Positions 1 to 9,308 of a stretch of DNA of 34,206 nucleotides are shown one piece after another; positions within the stretch are counted from its first letter, which is position 1; each line of letters starts with the position of its first letter. Source of the DNA: Cyanophora paradoxa CCMP329 (Eukaryota; Plantae; Glaucophyta); contig QPMI01000374.1 in NCBI GenBank assembly GCA_004431415.1, positions 1 to 34,206 on the forward strand. Reading direction: 5' to 3'. The translations under genes were made by a program, and so were the position numbers. A model generated the notes under the pieces. That model did no database searches. It was not told the DNA's origin and saw only the letters and a list, made by a program, of their open reading frames with translations.

Positions 1-999
1 GGCGGCGGCGGCGGCCGGGGAGGAGCCGCTGCCGTTGCGGTGCTGAACACGGCGGAGGGGGCGCCGGGGGCGGAGGAGCTGCGCAAGTACGCGGCCGTCC
101 TCTTCTTCCTCGTCGACCGCTACCGCTCCACGCCGGCCCCCTCCTCGCCGCCCTCGAAGGTCCCCGCCCCGCCCGCACCGCCCGCGGCGGGGCGGCGAGG
201 GGGCGGGTGGGCAGGGTACGTGTGGGAGGGGGGGCGGCTGTGGTGTGCCCCTTCGGGTTCGAGTTCGGGCGCGGGGGGGGGGGAGGCGACGGCCCTCATG
301 GAGGCCCTCACCGGCCTCCGCGCCGTCCGCCCCGCCCCGCCCCCGCCCCGCCCCCGCCCCGACCCCCGCCCAGGACGGCGAGGCGGCGGCGAGGTCGCCT
401 TCGGGGCGGGGGCCGGCTGGGCGGACGACCCCGCGCACCCCGCCCTCGCCGCCGCCGTGCGCGACGGCTCGACGCAGGGCCCAAGGGCTTCCGCGCCCGC
501 CTCGAGGAGCTGCCGGGGACGCGCGTGCTGGCGCGCTGGAGCGACGGCGGCGTGCTGCTCGCCGAGCGCGCCCCCGGGGCCCCCGGCGCCGGCCTCGTCC
601 TCTCCGCGAACCTCTACCCCTGCTCCGCCGCCCTCTTCCCCGAGACCTGCTGGCGCGGGGGCGGCGGGGCCCTCCTGCGGGGCGCCCTGCTGCACGCGGC
701 CCGGGGCGGCGAGGCCGGGGCCTACTGGAGCGCCGACCGCGAGGAGCGCCTCGCCGCCCTCTGCGGCCCCCGCACCGGCCCGTGCCCCACACCCCGCTCT
801 CCTTCGACCACGTGCACGCGGGCCCCGGCCCCGCCGGCCTCGATGTCGACGAGGGGCCCCCCGGGGCGCCGCGCGCCCATCGGCCCCGCCCGCCCTCGGC
901 GGGTCCGGCCGGGGCGCCCTCGGGCTGGCGCTGCGACGCCGGAGCCCACGGGTCCCCCGGCCGCTCTCTGCCGGCCCCGCCCCTGCCCCCCGCCCCTGA
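1..999 (+). CDS. 3' part of a spliced gene; hypothetical protein with a class-I GATase-like/ThuA-like domain (5' end outside window, stop uncertain)
   Basis: Protein-like segments in different frames (LRKYAAVLFFLVDRY; GGAAVVCPFGF; HPALAAAVRD; RVLARWSDGGVLLAER...GLVLSANLYPCS...GGALLRGALLHAA) are separated by GT..GCAG introns (e.g. 160-214). Some joins need frameshifts at G/C homopolymers. Confidence 0.45.
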   Translation, partial: GGGGGRGGAAAVAVLNTAEGAPGAEELRKYAAVLFFLVDRYRSTPAPSSPPSKVPAPPAPPAAGRRGGGWAGYVWEGGRLWCAPSGSSSGAGGGEATALMEALTGLRAVRPAPPPPRPRPDPRPGRRGGGEVAFGAGAGWADDPAHPALAAAVRDGSTQGPRASAPASRSCRGRACWRAGATAACCSPSAPPGPPAPASSSPRTSTPAPPPSSPRPAGAGAAGPSCGAPCCTRPGAARPGPTGAPTARSASPPSAAPAPARAPHPALLRPRARGPRPRRPRCRRGAPRGAARPSAPPALGGSGRGALGLALRRRSPRVPRPLSAGPAPAPRP

Positions 1000-1974
1000 A
1001 TTTCTACGTTCCAACTCGAAAGGAATCTTTTATTTCTTCGGCATGCGCACTTCCGAAGTTCGACAGGACATGTGCTCGGTGCTCATGACGATCGATCCGG
1101 TACTACGGTATACGTATACGTAGCCTAGTAGTGCGCTAGATCATCGGGTTTCCATTTCAAATTTCACTTAACTAGTACTTGAAACCCTCGAGCTCCATTT
1201 CGCTTTGGACTTTCGCTTTGAGACTTCGCTTCCGAGGCCCTGAGGCTTCGTTTCAGTTTGCAATCATTGGGGAAGGACCCCCTTCCCCTTCCCCCACTTG
1301 GGGGTGTTCGGGTGCCCACCCTAGGCCAAAATGAAATGTCCCGACCTCCCAAAACCCGGGTTTTCTCGCCGGATCCTAGGAAGGCATGTCTCTAGGAGTC
1401 CGGAAACATGTTCCGGGAGATCCGGGTCCCGTCGGGTCGACCAGGAATGGGCAATAACACATTTTCACAAAATGCGATCTAGCGCCTCACCAAGTGGCGA
1501 TATATCTGCCGGACCGAGTGCGCCTGAATGCGCCTGATACGCCCGACGATTCATGTCATACATGCCGAGACCGGAGGGCAAAGGGTGGTCCGCTAGGCCG
1601 CCTCAAGTACCTGTTGTACCGGACGCCGAAAAAACGCGCTCCTGAGAGTTTCGGCCTATCGTGTTGTAGTACCCGTGCTTTAAGCCGGCAAGCTAGCCGA
1701 CAGGCTTGCTAGCTGGCCAACTAGCTGAGCTCCGGCTGTAGGCTTGCTGCAGCTGGCATGGACTTCAGCCGCACGACATCAAGCGCGTGGCGTCCGTCGA
1801 CATCGTACCGGCCGCGGCACGTGCGAATGCGTCTGCGCCGCGAGTGCGCGCCGAGGTTCTGCTCTGCTGCATGGATTCGTTCGCCGGGCCGGGCCGCTCG
1901 AGCCTCACTCGCTCGTGCGCGCGCGCCGCGCGCCAGGTACGAACTCGTGCGCTCGCCCCGCGCGCCACCTCCGC

Positions 1975-2060
1975 CGCGCCGCCCTCTCACTTCCTTACAC
2001 TTCGAATTCCTCTCGAGCTCACTTCCTCTCACTTCTCACTTCCTCTCGAGCTCACTTGCA
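1975..2060. repeat. Degenerate tandem repeat of a ~10-nt CTCTCACTTC unit
   Basis: ctctcacttcc...cacttc(gaattc)ctctc(gagctc)acttcctctcacttctcacttcctctc(gagctc)acttgc. Confidence 0.7.
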
Positions 2061-2339
2061 GCAGGCGAGACGCAACATCGCATCTGCAGCTGTTCCATCG
2101 GTGCGCATGCTGCACAGCTGTGCTCGTCGACGGTCGCTTCCTCTGCCGCGGGGAAGGTCCGGTACCGGTTGCAATTGCACGACCCATGCTTGCACCCTCA
2201 GTCTTGCACCCGCATGCAATCGACCGGGTCGAGCCGCTAGCAAGCATCACACCGCCTCCAATTGCAAGACCTCGGCTCCGCCTCCGTTGACGGCGCCGGC
2301 GCGCCCGTCCGCCCGCGCGCCTTGCTGCGCTCCTCGTCC

Positions 2340-2765
2340 GCGCTAATATAAGCGCCTGCCGCTGCGCCTCCGCCGCGCCAACGCCGGCCGGCAGCGCGGC
2401 CGCCGGGCTCCTCCCGCTCCTCGGGGGCGGAGGCGCAGCGGACGGCAGCGCGGCTCGCCTGGCGGGCGGAGGCGCGGCGGGCGGCGCGCGGCGCAGCTCG
2501 CCGGGTGGGACGGAGGCGCTGCGGGCGGCGGAGTGGCTATCCGGGCGGGGCGGAGGCGCGGCGGGCGGCGGCGCGGCGGGCGGCGGCGCGTCTCGACGGC
2601 AGGGCGGAGGCGCGTTCGCGATCGGGGGCGACGCGGCTCGCAGGGCGGGCGGCTCGCAGGGCGGGGCGCCGCGGCGGAGGCGCGGCGGACGGTGGCGCTT
2701 CTCAAGATCTAGTCCTCCGCTGAGCTAGATCTTGTCCTCCCCCCACCCCTCCCCCCCCTCCCCCA
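2340..2765. repeat. GC-rich repetitive block (GGGCGGAGGCGCGGCGGGCGGC-like units), possibly a TE/LTR remnant
   Basis: About 4 copies of gcggaggcgc(a/g)gcgg follow a TAATATAAG at ~2344. A duplicated agatct(a/t)gtcctcc lies at ~2706-2741. No recognisable protein. Confidence 0.3.
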
Positions 2766-3176
2766 TGATCGAGCTGCTATCAGAGTCCACACTATCTCGG
2801 CTCAAAGATAACGTGACCAGCTGCAGGGGTGAACTTTCCTGCTCATGATCAACCTTTAGAGGTCCTTCCCCTCCAACAGGGGCAGTGCAACTGCAGTGTC
2901 CCTGTTCCGTTCATCATGGCATGATCACCTTCAGGCTTCGTTCAAATTGTAGTCACCTTCGTGTGCAGTAAATAAGCTACAAGGCTACCGTACACTATCG
3001 ATATCGCTATATTGCCCTGTACTGTACACGCTGCTGTGAAGCTCCAAGAATCAATCTTAGCTTCCGATAGACTACATCTGCTTCGCCTGCCTCTGTGCCC
3101 TGCCCCTCGGTGGCTGCTCTAGATCTCTCCAACGGCTCGCGTCGCCGGTCGCTCGAGCGTCGGCCGAGGGCCGGCC

Positions 3177-3996
3177 TCACTTCAAAACGCCGCCGGCCTT
3201 GCGCATCTCGAGGTAGCCCTGCGCCGCGCGTCACGCGCAGGCCGCTGCCGGCGCAAGCGGCCGGCGGGCCGGGAGGCGCGGCGGGCGGGTGGCAAGGCGG
3301 GCCTGGACGATCCACTCGGGGAGGCTGCGGATGGTGGCGAACTCGGCGGCCGAGTGGTACCGCAGCTTGGTCTTCGGGTCCGTGTACCGCGCCTGCCCAC
3401 TCGTCGGGCCCGCGGCGCGCGCGGCAGCCGCCGGCGTGCGCATGCGCACGGGCAGGCCGGTGAGGTCGCAGTACTTCTTCGGCGGGTATGCCGACGGCGG
3501 CGCCTCTATGTTCACGTCTGCGCGCGCGTGAGGCGCGCGGCGGAGCGCGTTCTCCGCAGCAGCGCTCACAGGTGGGGACGCTGGCCGGCAGCTGGTCGTA
3601 GTTCTCGAGCGCGAGGATCTGTTTCAAGGTCTTAAAAGTCCACCTGTTCCGCTTCTGCTGGTCCCGCTTCTTCACCCATTCTTTGCTCTTGAACGGCTTC
3701 TGCGGCGGGCGTCGCGTCTTGGCGCTCGAACGGAGCCGGGCACGCCATGCACCTGAGCGCTCGCCATCATCTGCCCGTCATCGACGCTCCCTGTGGTACT
3801 CGCCGGCCTCCTATCGCCCGTCGCAGATGCGCGGCCCGTCGTCCGAGACGCATCGGACTGCGCCATCGTTAGCTAAGCAAATCCATCGTTCCATATCGCG
3901 TGCCGAGCTGCGAACCGCGCGTTGCTTCTTGGTTGTCGCGCTCTCCTTCTCTTCGTAGTCGTCCTCCGGGTTGTCGCGCTTCTTCGCGCGTGGCAT
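3177..3996 (-). CDS. INO80C: INO80 complex subunit C / Ies6 (YL1_C domain), 6 exons
   Basis: Spliced product MPRAKKRD...KPFKSKEW...FKTLKQILALENY...YVNIEAPPSAYPPKKYCDLTGLPARYTDPKTKLRYHSAAEFATIRSLPEWIVQGYLEMRKAGGVLK*. It carries the diagnostic YL1_C motif. The last intron (3219-3302) is GC-AG. Confidence 0.93.
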
Positions 3997-4185
3997 GTGT
4001 GGGATTCTGCTGCTGACGCGAGCTCAAACGAGGATAAACCTGACAAACCAAGTCAAACCAGGACAAACCAGGTCAAACCTCGGCCGCGGGGTACTCGACA
4101 ACGCTGTTCGGGCGAGCGCTCCGGATCCCCCAGCCCTGTACGCCGTACAGAGCCTGTACGCCGTACAGAGGCTGGGAGCGGTCCG
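3997..4185. promoter_or_regulatory. Bidirectional promoter region between INO80C and the GT25 gene, with a ~10-bp periodic (C/T)AAAC array and an 18-bp tandem hairpin repeat
   Basis: Divergent ATGs at 3996 and 4186. (C/T)AAAC starts at 4025, 4035, 4044, 4054, 4064 and 4074. CTGTACGCCGTACAG occurs at 4136 and 4154. Confidence 0.6.
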
Positions 4186-6082
4186 ATGGTCTGCGCGCTG
4201 GCGCTTCTGGCGCTCGTGGCTAGCGCGGCAGCATGCGGCCCGGCAAGCGCGGCGATCGGCCCCCCGTCGTATGAGGCCCGCAGAGGCGATGCGCGGGAGT
4301 GGATGATATGCACGGGGCCATGCAGCTTCAGCGTCTATGTCGAGCCGCGGTTTGGAGCCATCGAAGTCTTTCTGCGCGTCGACGGCAGGCCTGCGTACGC
4401 GTATAAGACCGAGGCAGCTGCAGCGGCGCCCCGATCACTTGATTATGGCGCCGAGGAGGTCGCGGTAGACGGCTGGCCCACGGCGGGCGTCGGTTACCCG
4501 CGGATCTTCTTCCGGTCGGGCCGCGCGGAGCGCGGCTGCAAGCTGGCGGTGGCGAACGAGCGCGGGTTCAACTACACTGCGCGCTACGCTGTCGTCATTT
4601 CGGCGCGGCCGGATGGAGAGCCGGCGCCGGCGGCGCGCGTGCTGGCGGCCTCCGCTGTCTTCACGTGGGGCGGCCTCGTGTACATCCTCGGCACGCACCT
4701 GGGTCCCGCCGGCAGCCGCCCCGCCGTCTCCCTCGCCGGCGTCCCCTGCACCGTCCGCCCCGCCCGCGCGCGCGCGCGCGACCCCGGCGTCGTGCAGCGG
4801 GGGCGGCTAATCGCGAGCGCGCGGGGGGGGGCAGGGGGCGGAGGTGCTGCTGGAGGACGTGCGGGCGGCGTGCTGGGCCCCCGCCGGCGCCCCGGCCCCC
4901 CGCTCGACGTCGCCCTGCGCCCTGCGGGGGGCGGGCCCGAGGCCACCGCCCCGCCGCCCTCGAGTACGTCGGTGCGCCGCCCTCGCCCCGCCCCGCCGCT
5001 CGGCCCGCGGGCCGCCTGCTGAGGGGCGGCTGGCAGAGAGCCCGTTCGCCGAGGCATTCGTGGTAAACCTCGCACGGAGCCCCGGCCGCTGGCAGAGCGC
5101 CGTCGCCCAGGCCCGCCACGCGCGCACCCCGCCCCCGCCCCGGCGCGGCCGGCGCTGACGGGAAACGCTGGGTGCAGCTGCGGCGGGTGGGGATGCCGCA
5201 CCGGCGGATCGCGGCGACGGACCTGGAAGAGCTGAGCGACGCCGAGCGGGCGCGGGCGCTGCGGGAGCTGGGGTACGGGGCCCTGGGGACGTACTGCGTG
5301 GCGGAGAGCATGCAGCGGGCGTGGCGGGCGCTGCTCGCGTCGCCCCTCCCCAACGCCCTCGTCCTCGAGGACGGTGCCCCCGCCCGCCCCGCCCCCGCTC
5401 CCCCTCCGACGCCAGCCGGCTGCCGCCCCGCAGACTTCGTTCTGCCGCACGACTTCGCGGGGCGCGTGGCGCGCTGCTGGCGCGACGTGCCCCCGGACTG
5501 GCACCTCGTCTTCGCGCGCCCGCCCGGGCCCCTGCGCCGGCCCCGGGGCGGTGACGGGGCGGCAGGTCGGCGGCTGCTCGCTGCCGTTCGGGAACCCGAC
5601 GGGGCGGTGCGCGGTGCGGGGCACGCAGTACTGCATGCACGGGCACGCGGTGTCGCGCGTGGGGGCCGCCTTCCTCCTGCGCACCCTGCGGGGCGCCTGC
5701 TCGCTCGACATCGACTTCTGCGTCGCGCTCCTCTTCGAGGCCCGCCCCGCCCGCCCCACCGGCCCCGCGCTGACGCCGGCGCAGCAGTTCGAGGCGCAGC
5801 GGGCGCGCAACGCCTCCGAGGGGCGCCCCGCTGCCGGCCCCCTGCAGTTCTTCAAGCTCGTGCGCCGGCCCCGCCCGCCCCGCGCAGCGCCGCGGGGGGC
5901 GAGGGCGGGGCGGGGCGGGGCAGGCGGAGGGGGCGGGGCACGGGTCGGACGTGCTGGCGGAGGGCCTCTACGGGAACGGCTTCGTCTTCCAGGACCGCGC
6001 CTCCTTCGCCACCGACCGCACAGACTGGCTCGCCCAGGCCGGCCGCCCCGCCACCCCCGAGATGGACCGCCCCCTCCCCTGA
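4186..6082 (+). CDS. Secreted/Golgi glycosyltransferase family 25 protein with signal peptide and IPT/TIG-like domain, ~8 exons
   Basis: Hydrophobic N-terminus MVCALALLALVASAAA. IPT-like GGLVYILGTHLG...VSLAGVPCT. GT25 motifs AFVVNLARSPGRW, CVAESMQRAW, ALVLEDDF, PDWHLVF, HGHAVSRVGAAFLL, DIDF. Confidence 0.8.
5514..5565 (+). other. Example GC-AG intron with no exonic AG (TTC|GCGCGC...GTGAC...GGCAG|GTC)
   Basis: Removing it restores the GT25 frame WHLVF-VGGCS. No GT donor nearby gives this frame. Confidence 0.7.
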
Positions 6083-6198
6083 CGCCCCGCCCCGGAGCAC
6101 CGCCACCCATGCGGATACCAATACGGACACTACACACGTAAATAGTACAAAGGAAAATTGATGACGTGGAGAGGGCGGGGCGGGTGCAGAGCGAGGGG

Positions 6199-8801
6199 CT
6201 AGGAGGGCGTCGGAGCGCCGGGGAGGCCCTCGAACGAGCGGGGGGCGGCGGGGCGGCTGGCGGGGCGCTGCGCCACGGGCCGCACCGCCGCCTCCCGCGG
6301 GGAGCGCACCCCATCGAACTCCTCCACGTCAGTCGATCCGCCCTCGTCCCCGTCCCCGTCCAGCGCACCCGCCCCCCGCGCCGCCGCCGCGACCGCCGCC
6401 GCCTCCGCCTCCGCCTCGGGCGCGGGGCCGGGGGTGCGGGGCCGGACGGGCGGGGCCGTGCGGGGAGCTGCTGCGCGAGCTGCTGCTGCCGCCGTCCGCG
6501 ACGACGGAGATGACGGGCATGGGGCCCTTGCCGGCGGGCAGGGCGCGGGCGGGGGCACGCGGGGGCCCGATGGAGCCGCCATCGCCTTGACGCGCTCGAC
6601 GACCTGCGCCGGCGGGGCTCGCCGGCGCCCCGGGCAGCGAAGGGGGCCGGCGGGGGGCGGGGCACCTCGGCGACGGTGCGCGTGGCGTAGCCGTCGGCGA
6701 CGCGCGCCGCCCGCAGCCGCCGCATCACGATCTCGCCCAGCGTGCGCGCAACCTGCGGAGCGTCGGATGGTGCGCGAGGGCGGGAGGGGAGGGGCAGGGA
6801 GGGGGGGCGGGCCTCGAAGTGGAGCCCCTGGTTGCGGTACATGGAGGCCTGGTGGTGCTCCAGCGTCATCGCCAGCGTCTGCCCCGCCACCCCCCCGCTC
6901 AGTCCCCCGCCCCGCGCCCCGGCCCGGCGCGGCGCGAGGCGGGGCGGGCCTGCATCCAGACGGGGTTGCAGGCGAGGGAGGTCATTGGCACGATGTCGTC
7001 GTGCCGCATCGCGTGCACCGTCCGCTGCACCAGGTCGTCGATCCGCTGCGTCGCCGTCTCTTGCTGCCGTCCGCCCCGCCTCGCCCCGTCAGCGGGGGCG
7101 GGCCTGGGGCGGGGCGGGGCGGGGCGGGGCGGGGCGGGGCGGGGGGGACCTTGATGGCGAAGAGGCGCTGGACCTCGTTCTCCTGCTTGTCGGCGATGAG
7201 CTTGAGCTTCTTCGCGCGCAGCCGCCGCTTGCGCTCCGTCTGCCGCCGCGACTCCTCCTCCTGTGCCTGGTCCAGGTTCTGCGCCCCCGCCCCCTCAGCG
7301 ACCGGCGCGCGGGGGCGGGGGCGGGGGCGGGGGCGGGGGCGGACGTCGACGACGATGCCGATGAAGAGGTTGGTGAAGACGAAGTGGCCGACGGCGATGA
7401 AGGCGACGGCGAGGAAGCGGATCGTGTAGTCCCCGCTCTGCTCGATCGGCACCGTGAAGCTGCTCCAGTTGTCCGCCGTCACCATGTCGAAGAGCGTCAG
7501 CAGGCAGTCCGGCAGCGTCGTCCACGCCGCCAGCCCCGCCGCCTTGGACGTCTCCCCGAAGAACTGCCCCCCGCCCCGCCTCGCAGGCCGCCCCGCGGGA
7601 GGGCGGGGGGCGGGGGGCGGACGTTGAAGGCGACGATGGCGTAGACGTACATGAGGAGGAAGAGGAGCAGCAGCAGGTTCGCCGCGCTCTTCATCGTCCG
7701 CACGATCGCTGCGCCCCGCGGTGAGCCCGGGGCGGGGTGTGCGGGGCGGGGCGGGGCGGGGCGGGGGGAGGGGTGGGCGCACCGAGCATGAAGACCTGGA
7801 GGGGCTCGATGAAGGAGATGCCGCGGAGGGCGCGGAGGGCGCGCAGGCCCCGCACCACCCGCAGGAACTTGACGTTCCCGATCTGCCGCCCCCTCAGGGC
7901 CGGCGGGGCGGGGCGGGCGGGGCGGGCGGGGCGGACGGAGGCGAGGAGGCCCGGGGCGAGGAGCTGGACGAGGTCGAAGATGGAGAGGACGAGGATGATG
8001 AAGTCCTGCGCCCCGCGCCCCCGCCCCCTCACCGCCCCGCACCCCGCCCCGCCCGCCCCGCCCCGCCCCGCCCCGCTCCGCGCACGAAGACGTTGTAGCC
8101 GCTCTTCCAGTAGCCCCGGGGGGCGACGTAGAGCTGCGAGGGGGCGTCGGCGCGAGCGGCGGGGCGGCGCGGGCGGGGCGGGGGCGGGCCTTCAGGGCGG
8201 CCTCGGTGAAGTAGACGGCGAGGGAAACGATGTCGATCGCGGAAAAGGCCTGCGCCGCTGCGTCAACGGCGGCGGCGCGCGGGCGGCGCGGGGCGGGGCG
8301 CACGACGGGGTTCCCCTCCGCCACCTTCTTGTCCGTCTGGATCGCCATCACGATCATGTTCACCTGCGCGCCCCGTCGGCCGGCTCGCCGGGGCGGCGCG
8401 GTGCGGGGCGGGACGGGGCGCACGAGGATGACGAGCATGATGCCGTTGTTGAAGTACGAGGTGCCGACGACGTGATGCACGTAGCGGTGCATGAACGAGC
8501 GGTAGCGCGAGACCCGCAGCCGCCTCTTGCGCGCCGGCTCGTCGTCCCCGGGGGCCCCCTGCGCCTCCTCCGGCCCCTTGCGCCTGTCCGTGTCCCGGTC
8601 CGTCGAGGCCCCGGAGTAGACGGAACTGCGCCCACTGTAGACGGAACTACGCCCAGAGTATGCGGAGCTCCGCCCGCTGTAGGCTGACGCCGCCCCGCTC
8701 CTCCCCGACATTCGACTGCTCACGCCTGACCGCGCTGACATAGCATCGCTCTCCGCGGTCGACGGGCGCCTCCCGCTCCGCCTCCCCGGCGCTGGAGGCA
8801 T
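6199..8801 (-). CDS. CATSPER3: CatSper alpha subunit, CatSper3-like single-domain 6TM Ca2+ channel, ~13 exons (start uncertain)
   Basis: S4 KFLRVVRGLRALRALRGIS. Pore LTLFDMVTADNWS (T-x-D-x-W filter). S6 FIAVGHFVFTNLFIGIVV. The C-terminal coiled coil (KQENEVQRL...TLEHHQASMYRNQGLHFEVARTL) resembles the CatSper3 tail as recalled. Confidence 0.8.
8610..8692 (-). repeat. 21-bp coding tandem repeat, 4 x S(A/V)YSG(R/A)S in the channel N-terminus
   Basis: Translation SAYSGRS-SAYSGRS-SVYSGRS-SVYSGAS. Confidence 0.85.
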
Positions 8802-9308
8802 AGCTCACGCTGCTGGGATGGCCTGGTGACTCCGAAGGCTGGACGCTGGGATATCCGAAGGCTGGGCGCTGCGACGGTTACCGCCCAGGGCCAAAGCTAG
8901 TGCGCATAATCGATGCAGAAGGCAGTGTGGAGGTGATCCTAATCACTGGGATGGCGAAGGAAGGTCGGAGGCTGGGGCGCGGATTGGGGGATCTCGTCTA
9001 TGGCCTGGGATCCTCCAGAACTACGATATCTGCACTCAAAGCTCCACTGAGCAGCTGCCTCCCCGCTTGCTGAGCGCAGACGCGCGGCCCGGTCGTTTAC
9101 CTCGCTGGCTGCAAGCCCAGCTCAGCGAATGGATCTTTGCTCGGTTGAGCTGCCCCGCGTCCCCGAGCTGCAGGTGCGCAATGATGTGCGTTTCGCCGGC
9201 CGAATCACGTACCCCCGGCCTCACAAAAATTTGCTCGCCGGCGCCACAGTGAGCAATGCGTCGGATCGACGCGTGCGCTATATCAACGCGAATACTATGA
9301 TGCATTGT

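Noticed and set aside
215-830. Programmed frameshifts or pseudogenisation in the first gene (also in the RAD9 tail)
   Set aside because: The frame breaks lie in G/C-run-rich sequence, so sequencing error is more likely.
1600-1680. Hammerhead ribozyme (GGCCGAAAC on the minus strand)
   Set aside because: No correctly placed CTGANGA core.
4024-4170. CRISPR-like array
   Set aside because: The units are 10-18 bp with no unique spacers, the context is eukaryotic and there are no cas genes.
8825-8875. Direct repeat TCCGAAGGCTGG(A/G)CGCTG x2 upstream of CatSper
   Set aside because: Only two copies, and they may belong to an unresolved 5' exon or UTR. No function can be supported.
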